NCBI GenBank assembly: GCA_951406725.2
Contig: OX597814.1
Coordinates: 22,940,001 to 23,004,000, forward strand
Reading direction: 5' to 3'
Origin: Octopus vulgaris
Lineage: Eukaryota
DNA: 64,000 nucleotides
Shown one piece after another: positions 1 to 12,431 of the stretch. The position numbers were made by a program, and so were the translations under genes. Position 1 is the stretch's first letter. Each line of letters starts with the position of its first letter. Below the pieces are notes generated by a model. The model was not told where the DNA came from and did not search any database. It was given only the letters and a program-made list of their open reading frames with translations.

Positions 1-2346
1 TGGAAAATGGTTAAAGAGTGTACTTCACCGATTCAAATGCTTCTCTGTTGGCAGAGGAACCAAGGGATAGCACACTCACTGCATTCTTCAAGCTTTGTCA
101 AGTGGATCCACTCGCTCAAACCTTGCTGTATCCACAGATTCCATCGTACTACACTTGGAATGGAAAAAAATGGGCCCAACGGAAAGCAGGTCAAAATTTT
201 CATGGATACCCTGGCATTAAGTTTCACACTTGCCTTGGGCGAGTATACACAGTGCATCCCACTCAACAAGAGTGCTTCTACCTTCGTCTACTACTGCATG
301 AGGTCAGAGGGCCAACGTCTTTCCAGGCCCTAAAAGCCGTTCATGGACATGTCTGCACAACATACAGAGAGGCCTGCTATCGACAAGGTCTGTTAGAAGA
401 TGGTGCACAATGGGATGCAACTTTAGGAGAGGCTGCTTTATCACAATCACCTAAAAGTCTCAAGGCACTATTTACAGTATTACTACAGGCATGCGAACTG
501 TGTGATCCGGCCACTCTATGGCTCAAATATAGAGATAACCTGACTGAAGACTTTCAGCGCCAAGTTCAACTGCTCTATCCTGACATGGAGGGCATCAGCA
601 ATGAAATCTATAACAAAACACTCATTGACATTGAAGACAGAATTGCTAAACTGGGTGGAAATGAATTGTCGACGTATGGCCTGCCACAAGCATTCAGGTT
701 AGGGTCAAATAGCCTTCCCACTGCTGTCATTCGTGAAACAACCTACGACACTCAAGCGCTTTCAAAGAACAGTGTTGAAAATGAGCCTAAATTACTTCCG
801 GACCAGCTGTAGGCCTACAGAACTATTCTTAACAGTGTACGCCAACGCGAGGGACGAATCTTCTTCCTCGATGCTCCTGGAGGGACAGAAAAACATTTAT
901 TACAAAGCTTCTCCTTGCAGAACTTAGGCTGCATCAGGACATTGCAGTAGCTGTAGCCTCCTCTGGCAATGCAGCTACTTTGTTACCCGGTGGCAGGACA
1001 GCACACTCAACTTTTAAACTTCCTCTCAATTTAGCAGCATCCGAAATGCCTTCATACAACATCAACAAAAGCTCAGATCAGGGACAAGTACTTAAAATGT
1101 GTCATCTAATTGTCTGGGATGAGTGCACTATAGCTCACAAGGGAGCTTTGGAAGCATCAGATAGAGCCCTGAAAGACATCCGAGACTGTCAGGCTCCAAT
1201 GGGAGAAGTAACGCTTCTGTTGTTAGGTGATTTCAGGCAAACTCTTCCTGTCATTCCGAAAGGCACTAGAGTAGATGAAGTCCAACCATGCCTAAAGTCC
1301 TCTACCCTGTGGCATCATGTTACAATCATCAGTCTCTCCACTAACATGAGAGCTCAGCTACACGGCGACAAAATGTCCACAAAGTTTGCACAGGACATTT
1401 TGACACTTGGTGAAGGCAAGATGCCTCTCGATGCTGCAGGACAAATGGAAGTGTGGTCATTTTCCTCCGTTGTTAATTCTGTAGATGACCTAAAAAACAA
1501 AGTCTTTCCCAACATTACACAAAACTACCAAAATTACAATTGGCTGTGCGAAAGAGCAATATTATCTCCAAAAACGTCGCTGTTAACAAAATTAAACAAC
1601 AGCTAATGCATTCTCTTCCCGGCACTATACACACTTACAAGTCTGTTGATACAATTCCAGATATAAATGAAGTTGTGAACTATCCTCCTGAATTTCTCAA
1701 TTCACTGGAGACTCCTGAACTACCTCCATAATATTAGCACTTAAAGTTGGAACTCCTGTAATGCTACTCAGCAATCTGGAACCACCAAGACTTTGCAATG
1801 GAACACGACTGGTGATAAAGAAAATGATGTCACACGTTATCGAGGCGATCATTCTTTCTGGATGTGGAAAAGGTGATGACGTCTTTATTCCAAGAATTCC
1901 TCTTACTCCATCAGGAGCAGAAATTCCATTTACATTCAGAAGACTGCAATTCCCCCTTCGTGTCAGCTTTGTCATGTCCATTAACAAATCTCAGGGTCAA
2001 ACCCTCTCTGTAGCTGGTCTTCTTTTAGAAGAGCCCTGCTTCTTGCATGGGCAACTGTATGTTGGCTGCTCAAGAGTAGGAACCAAAAGAAACCTTTTTG
2101 TATCTGCTCCACAAAGAAAAACGAGGAACATTGTTTACAATGAGGTGTTATAATCTCAATAGCCAGGAGGTATATACATGATCCCCCCTTTTTTAACAAA
2201 CGTCATGTACTTTCATGTATTTATATTAATATACATATATGTATGTGTGTGTGTGGGTGTGGGTGTGTGTATATCCATATATATATAACAGAAAAATCTA
2301 ATTCTTCAATTAAATGTAACCGAGCAACGCCAGGTATCTCTGCTAG
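1..2346 (+). mobile_element. Helitron, 3' part (Pif1-type helicase region plus 3' terminus)
   Basis: ORFs 18-812, 980-1606 and 1761-2153 carry Helitron helicase motifs (LRLLLHEVRGPTSF, LDAPGGT, GGRTAHSTFKLP, IVWDEC, GDFRQTLPVI, LCNGTRL, INKSQGQTL, HGQLYVGCSRV). It ends in a GC-rich subterminal motif CCGAGCAACGCCAGG then CTAG|T at 2343-2347. Confidence 0.95.
18..2153 (+). pseudogene. Helitron RepHel helicase domain, disrupted
   Basis: Continuous helicase homology broken by a stop at 810-812 and by further disruptions near 890, 1570 and 1730. Confidence 0.9.
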
Positions 2347-2393
<47 letters not shown>

Positions 2394-2475
2394 GGTCCCG
2401 GGTTGAGTCGGGGTTAACCACAGTAAATAAGGTACTCAATACATAGCAGAGTAAATTAATTTATTTTATAGAAGG

Positions 2476-2526
2476 AGCTTCTACAGGACTAGAACTGTTT
2501 CATTCAAAAGAAATCATCAGGAAGCT
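2476..2526 (-). ncRNA. Type I hammerhead ribozyme (family A)
   Basis: Minus strand reads AGCUUC-CUGAUGA-U-UUC-UUUU-GAA-U-GAAA-CAG-UUCUAGUC-CUG-UA-GAAGCU: 6-bp stem I, canonical core, short stem II, stem III, GUA cleavage triplet. Confidence 0.85.
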
Positions 2527-2748
2527 AGGTGACAAGAGTAGTCTTGGCATTTATACATTTAGGCAGGTTTAAAGGGGTGGTAGTGGGGGACTTTTTGGGG
2601 TAGGCATGGCGCAAACTATCATTCTTAGGGGAGTGGTCAAAGGAATCGGTGGTAAAGTAGATAAAAGAATAAATAAAAGAATAAATAGAAAAATAGAGTT
2701 TTAGGTAAATAAGGAGACTCTCACTTATACATATACATACATATACAT

Positions 2749-2801
<53 letters not shown>

Positions 2802-3078
2802 CATGTACATATACACATACACACACACATACACCTATGTATACATATGCATACATACATATACACACATATACATACATAGACATATACATATATACAC
2901 ATACACATACGTACACATACACACATACACCCATATACACATGTACATATGTACCCATATGCATGTATCTACGTACACGCCCATACCCATACTCATACAT
3001 ACACTTATATATGTCTACACACATATATATATATATAAAAGGGGATATACACCCCCATACACACACGCTCCCATATCC

Positions 3079-3113
<35 letters not shown>

Positions 3114-3176
3114 CATACACATATATATACACACACCTATATACACATATATATACATACATACACATACATACCT

Positions 3177-3217
<41 letters not shown>

Positions 3218-4477
3218 TATATGTATATATACACACACACTCACATATATATACACACACACATACATATGCATATACATGCACACACATACACACACAT
3301 TTATTCCCTTATTTTAATTTTATTTTAACTTTTGTTTTTATTTTTATTTTTATCTTGACCTCGGTCAGCCAGCCCAGCACTGAAGTGATGTCGTCCCAAG
3401 GGTCTAAAGAGTCCATTTATTGCCCTACTCCCTTCCTTTCTATCTTTCTACTCACTGATACGAGCATTAACACTCACACACGCACACACACTCACACGTA
3501 CACTCATACACATACACACACGCACGTGTTATATTCATACATACATACATCTACATACATGCACGTATATACACATACGTACACGTACCTACAAATTCAT
3601 ATACACATACATACATCTATACACCCACAGAAGACTAGTCCATACATATACACAAATAAATATATATACATATACATATACACATACATACACATACATA
3701 CACATACATACACATACATATATCTATACATATACATATATATATATATATACATATATATATACATATATACACACATACATACACATACACGCATACC
3801 TACATATACATACACACATATATACTTACACCAGCCATATACATACCTACATACCCATACATCCATATATCTATACATATATATACACGTATATATACAC
3901 AAGCACATACTAATACACACGCACACACATCTATCTACATATATAAAAAAAAACCCAACAAGTCCATACATGTACACACATACACATACATACATGCATA
4001 TACATATATATACCCATACACATATACACATACATACACATACACATATATATACACACATGTATATATATATACATATATACACATACATATACATACA
4101 CACATGCATACACATACACACTCACACGCGCATCTATATATACACATAAGTACATACATACATAAATGTATACATATGTTTATACATATGCATACACTTA
4201 CGCACACACACGCGCCTCCTTATATACATAAATACATACATGCATATAAACATATACATATATACATACATGCATACTCAAATAATAAATAATAAATAAT
4301 AAATATATATACATGCAGTTACCCATTATACAGACGGATACATACATATAAACATACACATATATACCTATTTACACATATGTATATATACATACATACA
4401 TACACATACACATAACTCTACATACCTACATATACATAAACACACAAGCGTACACACACATATATATATATATATAT

Positions 4478-4516
<39 letters not shown>

Positions 4517-4728
4517 TCCACACACATACACATGTACATACACATACACATACATATACACGCACGTAAGTACACGCACTCACATACATGCGTATATTCC
4601 TACTAACACCCATACATTTCTATACATATATACAATACATATATACAAGTGTACACATACAATATGTGAATAGTCTTAGGAGAAAAGGTAATTGGGGGTG
4701 CTGGGGGAACGGTGGGGGTGGGGTGTCG

Positions 4729-6050
4729 TCAATCGGGTTGCCGGGTGGGTCTGTAGTTTTTGTAGTTTGCATAAATTTTATGCATGCAATTTGGGGAGTG
4801 TTCCGAGATTTTGTTGAGGAGAGGGCCTTTGGCGAACAAGATCTCCAGGCTCTCAGAAATGCAAAGGTATGGCCTCCTGTGTACGAACGCGCCCTCTGTA
4901 GTAGTCTCCACTTGATCTTGAAGGGGATGGAGTTCCTTTTAAGGTACCAGATGTGGGCGGCGAGGGTAGTTTGGTTGGATTTGTCAGGTCGCCGGAACGA
5001 GTGTGTGTGGGCGTACCAGCGAGTCTTAAAGCTGTTTGACGTCATTCCGATGTACGATTTTCTTTTATCATCGGGGCCTGATCGTACCTCGCATGTGTAG
5101 ACGAGGTCCTTCTGTAGGCAGTTGTTGTTGAGGGGGCAAGTGGTTTTATCAGGGCAGTTGCAATTGCTATCGGATGTTGGATGGGCCTCGGAAAAAGTAG
5201 ATTTATTAAGTTTTTCCACGTTATTGTTGGCTAGGTTCCTGGCTAGATTGGGCGTGGTAGAGTAGGAGAGTCTAATGGTGTTCTTATTTAGGATTGTATA
5301 GTACTTATGTTGGGTGGGGAAGTGTTTCTGTAGGAGAGTGAAGAAGATTTTAGCTACAGGTGTAGCGACCTCACGGTTGAAGGGGGGGGTTGTACCAGCT
5401 AATGTGTCTTCGCCTATTTTTCCTGGGTTGGCGTGGGGCTATGCTAGTATAGGTGATCTTATCTTTAAAGCCACTGCGGGCCAGGGCCTCGTTGTAATAG
5501 GGGGCTGCGGCATTAAAGATATCTTCAGTAGCGGACAGGCTAGATATTCTAATAGAGACACTTTTTACTAGGTTGTCTAATATATTTTTGGGGTGGTTGG
5601 AATTAATGTCTATATATCTAAGGGATTCATTCGGTTTGTGGTACGGGTAATAAAGTGAGGTTTTTAAGTCGAGGGTAACGTTAGCTTTGGTTAAGTTGGA
5701 TTCTAAGGTAATCCTAAGGCCTAAGTTTTAAAAAAAAGTGTAAAGATTTTTCCGGAACCCATCCGTGGTCCTGGGGTTTATTTTGTGGAGGGCAAAAAGG
5801 CCATCATTGCGGTAAAGACCACCGGAGAGGCCTGTGAATAGGGTCTTCAGCCTATGGAGGATGAAAAGGCCCACAAGGTCACTTATTTCAACCGAGTCGC
5901 TAGCACCCATGCTGACGCCGAAAAGGGTCACAGATTTTTTGTTGATCCAGTGGGATCCGTCGTGGAAAAGAAAAGTCTTACGTGCGTGGAGGATCACATC
6001 TTGCTCGGCCTCGGTGATGGTGGAGAACTTCCTAGCGAAGTTAATCGCGT
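4729..6050 (-). pseudogene. PLE RT/GIY-YIG, frameshifted
   Basis: ORF pieces 5728-5997, 4620-5219 and 4729-4911 match the intact frame of the second copy (27074-28423). YRDD is changed to YRND. Confidence 0.9.
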
Positions 6051-6051
6051 C

Positions 6052-7024
6052 ATGTGTATGTATATATATATATTTATATATATGGATATGGGAGCGTGTG
6101 TGTATGGGGGTGTATATCCCCTTTTATATATATATGTGTGTAGACATATATAAGTGTATGTATGAGTATGGGTATGGGCGTGTACGTAGATACATGCATA
6201 TGGGTACATATGTACATGTGTATATGGGTGTATGTGTGTATGTGTACGTATGTGTATGTGTATATATGTATATGTCTATGTATGTATATGTGTGTATATG
6301 TATGTATGTATATGTATACATAGGTGTATGTGTGTGTGTATGTGTATATGTACATGTGTGTGCATATATATATATATATATATATGTATATGTATGTATA
6401 TGTATATGTATGTATATGTATAAGTGAGAGTCTCCTTATTTACCTAAAACTCTATTTTTGTATTTATTCTTTTATCTACTTTACCACCGATTCCTTTGAC
6501 CACTCCCCTAAGAATGATAGTTTGCGCCATACCTACCCCAAAAAGTCCCCCACCACCACCCCTTTAAACCTGCCTAAATGTATAAATGCCAAAACTACTC
6601 TTGTTACCTAGCTTCCTGATGATTTCTTTTGAATGAAACAGTTCTAGTCCTGTAAAGCTCCTTCTATAAAATAAATTAATTTACTCTGCTATGTATTAGT
6701 ACCTTATTTCTGTGGTTAACCCCGAACTAGCAGAGATACCTGCGTTGCTCGGTTACATTTAATTGAAGAATTAGATTTTTCTGTTATATATATATGGATA
6801 CACACACACCCACCCACACACACACATACATATATGTATATTAATATAAAACAGTACATGACGTTTGTTAAAAAGGGGGATCAGTCTATTGAGATTATAA
6901 CACCTCATTGTAAACAATGTTCCTCGTTTTCTTTGTGGAGCAGATACAAAGGTTTCTTTTGGTTCCTACTCTTGAGCAGCCAACATACAGTTCTAGTCCT
7001 GTAGAAGCTCCTTCTATAAAATAA

Positions 7025-7029
<5 letters not shown>
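6052..7029 (+). repeat. Inverted copy of the PLE family A 3' terminal region (plus inverted Helitron flank)
   Basis: 6052-6725 is the reverse complement of about 2408-3119. 6726-6992 is the reverse complement of about 2054-2347. 6987-7025 repeats the 3' half of the hammerhead. Confidence 0.9.
6610..6659 (+). ncRNA. Type I hammerhead ribozyme (family A, inverted copy)
   Basis: AGCTTC CTGATGA TTTCTTTTGAAT GAAA CAGTTCTAGTCCTG TA AAGCT. One G is missing from the 3' strand of stem I relative to 2476-2526. Confidence 0.7.
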
Positions 7030-7071
<42 letters not shown>

Positions 7072-7158
7072 CTTTGATACTTTAATAGGTTTCGGCCAGT
7101 ATTGGCCAGGTCATGTCTAACTTAATAGGATCACCTTGCAAAGTCATTCAAAGCAGGA

Positions 7159-7162
<4 letters not shown>

Positions 7163-7191
<29 letters not shown>

Positions 7192-7633
7192 TGTATGTAT
7201 GTATATATGTATGTATGTATGCATGCATGCATGCATGCATGTATGTATGTATGTATGTATGTATGTATGTATGTATGTATGTATGTATGCATGCATGCAT
7301 GCATGCATGTATGTATGTATGTATGTATGTATGTATGTATGTACGTATGTACGTATGTGTGTATGTATGTATATATAAATATAAATATGTATACATGCAT
7401 ATATACATGCAAGCATATATGCATATATGCACACCCGTTCTAGTCGGCCCTTATAAATGAACGATATTAAAATTTCATTTATTTGCATTCATTTATATAT
7501 CTTAGGCATGTATAGCATGACTTGCATATGTGCTGAAGACGCCACCGATCTATGTGTGCATGTATGTATATATATGCATAGATGCATTCATTTTTTCATG
7601 TACATTTAAGATTATACAGTTTCTCTCTCTAAC

Positions 7634-7715
<82 letters not shown>

Positions 7716-7815
7716 CACACGCATACATACATGCATACATGAATAGATACATACGTACATACATACATACATAAATACATACATACATACATACATACAT
7801 ACATACATACATACA
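7163..7815. repeat. Compound (TATG)n/(CATG)n/(TATC)n/(CATA)n microsatellites
   Basis: Directly visible tetranucleotide arrays. Confidence 0.95.
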
Positions 7816-8816
7816 GTAGTGGCGCCTTCTGCATAAATGAAAGGCATGCAAAGCATGGTTAAGATATATAACTGAATGCAAATAACAAATAATATTTTAA
7901 TATAAATATTTCATATCCATGAGAGACATCAAGAAAGCGTATGCATACGTGTTATGTATATCCAATACCAATAATGTGGCTTTGCTTCCTAAAATCGTAA
8001 CACTCACGTTTTAATATTAGCATTCACCCCGCGACCGCAACACACACATATACAGACAAGCACACGCTCACACACTCACGCACGCACACACGCACACACG
8101 CACATACACACTCACACACACACACACACACACACATACACACTCGTGCGCGCACAAGCACAAACACACAATGTGAACTAACTATAATTAGAGACGTTGG
8201 AGAGTCGTGAAGAAAATTATGCGGCTGGTAAAAAAAAAAAAGTAGAGATGAACTGGACTATAGCTGCAATCGTGTTTAAGTTCCCATCAGCAACAATCGC
8301 AACTGACCATTGTGAAATTAAAGAGCCACTATTGTTAAGTGTTTCATTAATCCAAGCACACGGATCTGAATATTTGACATGTTTCCCACAGTTAATTTGA
8401 TGAAATAAATTGCTGGTGAATTACAAGTTTGTTTTCTATACCAAAGTTTTCTTATGGAGGGTTAATGCATAGATTTTAGCCGTCACTGCAACTGTAAACT
8501 AATTAAAATTAATTAGATCCAACAGACGGTAATCGTTTATACAGCTTATATAAACTACAATCATACATAGATACATATATATATACATGCACAAACACAC
8601 ACACACATATATATAATTAGCTAGCTAGCTTAATACATACATACATGGATGTATGCATGTCCATGTTTACACACACACATACATTTTTACTGGGGAGATG
8701 CTGGGTTGATGGATTAAGCTGGTTTGAGTTCCAATATTCGTGTGCATGTAGATAAAGGATAAAAAAGAAAAACCAGGAAGACACACACACAGACAGACTG
8801 AACGGATTTTATATAA

Positions 8817-9055
8817 TCTCTATATATAAAACTGAGAATGTGTGTCTGTCTGTCTGTGTGAATCTCTAAAACTTGAGAACTACTCAGCCAATTTCATTCA
8901 AATTTTACACATGCCTTACTTAGGGTACATGTAGTGTCATGGGCAAAAAGAATGTTTAACTTTTTGCCTAGGGCGAGCCCACAGCAATATCACATCTCCA
9001 CTATTTCAGCATTACGTGTTAAAAGTGAAACAAAAGCATCTCTCTATTGTAAATT
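8817..9055 (+). mobile_element. Probable 5' end of a non-autonomous Helitron
   Basis: A|TC-TCTATATATAAAA start followed by (GTCT)n, the same style as the Helitron 5' ends at 31557, 38049 and 41324. Confidence 0.5.
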
Positions 9056-9059
9056 TATG

Positions 9060-9114
<55 letters not shown>

Positions 9115-9134
9115 ATATACATGTATATATAAAA

Positions 9135-9350
9135 ATGGAAAGTTAATCCAAACATGAAAGCACAAAAAAAAACAACAACGCGAGGACGTGGAACAAATAT
9201 AGTATTATTGGACACTCAGGAAAGAAGGAAAGAAGGAGATTTAACGTTTCGAGCGGAGCTCTTTGTCAGAAACATAGGAGAAGGAAAGATCCAGAGAAAG
9301 GAAGACAGAGGAAAAAAAATCGCCAACGGTACACACGCGGTCACATTTTG
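9135..9350 (-). mobile_element. Short retrozyme/pLTR-like element with degenerate minimal hammerhead (9238-9273)
   Basis: Minus strand reads GUUU-CUGACAA-A-GAGC-UCC-GCUC-GAAACGU-UA-AAUC, with G8 changed to A. Homologous to 18345-18515 and 50041-50160; flanks are TA-rich. Confidence 0.65.
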
Positions 9351-9558
9351 AATGTATATAAATGTATATGTATACATGTATATGTATAGATGTGTTTCTA
9401 TAGATTTACATGTATATGTAAACATGTATGTCTAGATGTATATATAGTTGTACATGTAATATGTACACACATATATATACACATATATACATGCATACAT
9501 ATATACACCCATACACACATACACACACACCGATCCAACCCCCCACACACACATACAT

Positions 9559-9880
9559 AGGTGCAGGTGTGGTAACAAACTTGGTTCCAAAACACATGGT
9601 GCTCAGTTCAGTCCCATTGTGTGGTAACTTGGCATGTCTCCTTCTATAGCCTCAGACCAACCAAAGCCTTGTCAGTGGATTTTGTAGTTAGAAACTGAAA
9701 GAAATCAATTGTATGTATATGTATGAATATATGTAAGTCTATGTGTATGTCTTTGTGTTTCTCCCTCATCACTGGTTCACAACTGGTGTTCGTTTATTTA
9801 CATCCCCATAACTTACTGGTTTCACAAGAAGAAACTGATAGAATAAGTACCAGGCTTATCAAAATATAAAAAAGCACTAT
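9559..9880 (+). mobile_element. tRNA-derived SINE family B (diverged)
   Basis: Reverse-complement homologue of 20660-21077 (AGGTGCAGG.. head, GTTCAGTCCCA B-box-like motif, GATAGAATAAGTACCAGGCTT). Confidence 0.75.
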
Positions 9881-10349
9881 GCAGTGTCTCGTATTTTTGT
9901 TTGCCCACTCAGTTGTATCTATCAATTTATCTTTGTGTATGTGTGTGTGTGTGTGTATACATACATACATCACTCCGACAAAACTTACACGACGACCCTC
10001 ATCCACCGGACCACAGACTTTATTAGAAGAATCAGGTGGGCGGCCTACCATTTCGATAACCCGGGGAAAAGCAACCCCAACTCTAACCAAGAAGAAATAG
10101 CACACAGGAAGATATTTAAAAGCAGAAGAAACCCACCCTCTAACTACGCACTGGAAAATTTTGAAAAAGACTTAATCGACCTCATTACCAACATCAACAT
10201 TAGTAAACATAAGACCATTTCCAACACCCACTTAAGGAGCCTTTAAAGATTTCCTGCATTCACTTAGGAACGATGATAGTCTTATCATACCCGCCGACAA
10301 GACCGGGAACTGGTATAGGCTAGACTACCAAACCTACAAATCGCACATC

Positions 10350-12431
10350 ATGAGGGAACTTAGCAAAAAATATAAAACTACTTCTACGGATAACCTTAAG
10401 GAAATTAACTGCAAAATCAAGGAAGTTATGAGCAAATTAGACCTCCTGGACAGAACAGAACCTATTAAACCACAAGTACCCAAAATTACTATTAAAGACC
10501 ATAAGAAAGACTTCCCGGATAATGTAGGAGTACGATTAATCTGTCCGACTAAATCGGATATCGGCAGACTTAGCAAGACTATCCTGGACAAGGTGATCCC
10601 ACGCATCAAACCCCACATCCCACTCCAACTATGGATTAACACCGACGATGTGCTAGAATGGTTTAACACTATCACCAATAGGCCCAACTACTCATTCATC
10701 CAATTCGACATAGCTAGCTACTACGCCAGTATATCCCCCATCTTACTTAACAAATCCCTTATATTTGCCCGCAACCTTTCACTCATAGACAGAGAAAAAA
10801 TTGACATAATACTATTAGCTAGAAAAACCATAATAGAATTCGACGGTAGACTCTGGACTAGATCCGATACCCCCAATAACTTCGATGTGGCCATGGGCTC
10901 GAGCGATTCAGCTCAGGCGACTGACTTGGTCGGGGCCTACCTGCTCAAGAAGCTTTTCTCCGAGGTACCGGATCTTCAGGGGGGTCTATACAGAGACGAC
11001 GCTCTCTTCATATACCCCACCAACAATAGGAGTAAACTAGAAAGAATTAGGAAAAAGATCAGGCTTTTTTTCAAATCCTTCAATCTTAAACTAGAATTTA
11101 TGACCAATACTAAAATAGTAAACTTCTTAGATGTTACGTTAGACTTGAATAAGCACCTTCACCACCCGTATAGGAAACCCGAAGAAACTACCAAATACAT
11201 CCATACCTCTTCCAACCATCCACCCTGTATAATTAGCACCACGGTCCAAGCCATCTCAGACAGACTTACAAAACTATCCTCTAATAGAGAAATTTTCAAT
11301 AATCACGCACAACACTACAACCAGGCTCTCTATAGTGCCGGGTATAACCAGAGAATATCATATGTAGACCACCCGGGAACGTCCGTCGGCCATAAAACTC
11401 CCAATTATAATCGAACTCAGCACTCAACTCACACTAGCGATAATTCTAATTTAAACTCCAAACAACGTACAGGAAATAGGCGAACTAATAGAATAGCACA
11501 CAATAGTAACCCTCCCGACGAGAGCAATATAGATCCTATTAGGAGAAATAGAAGGGATAATAGTAGATTACGCAAATATATATGGTTCAACATACCTTAC
11601 AACTTAGCAGTTAGGGGTAAGTTATGTAAGAGAATATTCTCTATCATTTCCAACAACTTCCCACCCACCCATAAGTATAGAAGTATCTTCTCCAACAAAA
11701 CCATCAGGATTTCCTACTCTACCCTGCCCAACATGAGCTGCCTCATAGCTAAACATAACTATATTAATATTAGAACAGCTAGATCAAGAGCAAACTATAG
11801 CGACCAACAGAAACCCCCTCATCTAGATAGTAGACAATATAACCAAACTGGCAGCCATGCTACCCAAACAGTTAGTAATAACACCCGCCAACACAACAGA
11901 GGAAATACTACACCCATCAACAACCAGGAGGATATCAACGCCCCCACTCGTATTGCAACACCTCCGCCTGGGATTAGCAGCACACGACCGAATAATGCAA
12001 TGCAATGCAACTGCAGATGTGCATCAGAGTGCCCGCTACAGGGCGCATGTAGGGCGAAAAACGTAATATATTCATGTGAGGTGAGTACCCAGTTTAACAC
12101 ACTCACCTACATAGGTTGCTCAACCTCCTGGAAATCCAGATACTACAACCACCGGTCCTCGCTGAAACACAGACATAAGGCTAACAGCACCTCCCTTTCT
12201 AAAAGAATTTGGGAATTAAAAGACAAATGCATAGGCTTCAAACTCAGGTGGTCCATCATCGGATCAGCTGCACCTTATTTAAATAATAGAGCAGGATGCC
12301 AACTATGTTGTGTAGAACTCCTGAACATCTTGAAATTCAAAGACAAACACAATCTTATTAACAAAAGGTCAGAGTTCAAACCATCCTGTATACACAAACT
12401 TATTAATACTTTCAAATACTACAAAGCTTAG
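10350..12431 (+). CDS. PLE reverse transcriptase plus GIY-YIG endonuclease (693 aa open frame; real N-terminus lies upstream)
   Basis: RT motifs QFDIASYYASI, MGSSDSAQATDLVG, GLYRDDAL, NFLDVTLDL, YIHTSSNHPP. EN motifs CNCRCASECPLQGAC, NVIY..TYIG, CQLC, LINKRSE..CIH. The upstream frame has FIRRIRWAAYHF and IIPADKTGNWY. Confidence 0.93.
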   Translation: MRELSKKYKTTSTDNLKEINCKIKEVMSKLDLLDRTEPIKPQVPKITIKDHKKDFPDNVGVRLICPTKSDIGRLSKTILDKVIPRIKPHIPLQLWINTDDVLEWFNTITNRPNYSFIQFDIASYYASISPILLNKSLIFARNLSLIDREKIDIILLARKTIIEFDGRLWTRSDTPNNFDVAMGSSDSAQATDLVGAYLLKKLFSEVPDLQGGLYRDDALFIYPTNNRSKLERIRKKIRLFFKSFNLKLEFMTNTKIVNFLDVTLDLNKHLHHPYRKPEETTKYIHTSSNHPPCIISTTVQAISDRLTKLSSNREIFNNHAQHYNQALYSAGYNQRISYVDHPGTSVGHKTPNYNRTQHSTHTSDNSNLNSKQRTGNRRTNRIAHNSNPPDESNIDPIRRNRRDNSRLRKYIWFNIPYNLAVRGKLCKRIFSIISNNFPPTHKYRSIFSNKTIRISYSTLPNMSCLIAKHNYINIRTARSRANYSDQQKPPHLDSRQYNQTGSHATQTVSNNTRQHNRGNTTPINNQEDINAPTRIATPPPGISSTRPNNAMQCNCRCASECPLQGACRAKNVIYSCEVSTQFNTLTYIGCSTSWKSRYYNHRSSLKHRHKANSTSLSKRIWELKDKCIGFKLRWSIIGSAAPYLNNRAGCQLCCVELLNILKFKDKHNLINKRSEFKPSCIHKLINTFKYYKA

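Larger units (their letters stand above)
2391..6050 (-). mobile_element. Penelope-like element family A, copy 1 (5'-truncated), 3' end in (TA)n
   Basis: The minus strand encodes RT (MGASDSVEISDLVG, GGLYRNDGL) and GIY-YIG (CNCPDKTTCPLNNNC, LVYTCEV, SYIGMT) with frameshifts. A long low-complexity 3' region ends in a hammerhead-bearing terminal segment next to (TA)n 2349-2390. Confidence 0.9.

Noticed and set aside
2221-4613. Long ORFs such as 2803-4149 (448 aa) rich in YI/HT/CV
   Set aside because: They are translations of (TA)/(CA)/(TATG) repeats, which lack stop codons. The same applies at 7.1-7.9, 12.4-13.8, 25.6-27.0, 29.9-31.4 and 49.6-50.4 kb.
4588-5571. Plus-strand ORFs of 85-197 aa over the PLE (also 5834-6427 and 27129-27410)
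   Set aside because: They are antisense shadows of the minus-strand RT/EN coding sequence.
7080-7125. Hammerhead-like GGCCA-ATAC-TGGCC-GAAAC on the minus strand
   Set aside because: The preceding core ATGACCT lacks A9 and a 3:8 pair, and there is no stem I.
10350-12431. Selenoprotein-type PLE (in-frame UGA recoding, reported for some Naiad elements)
   Set aside because: There is no internal TGA in family A or B frames and the Cys motifs use normal codons. The family A TGA is terminal.
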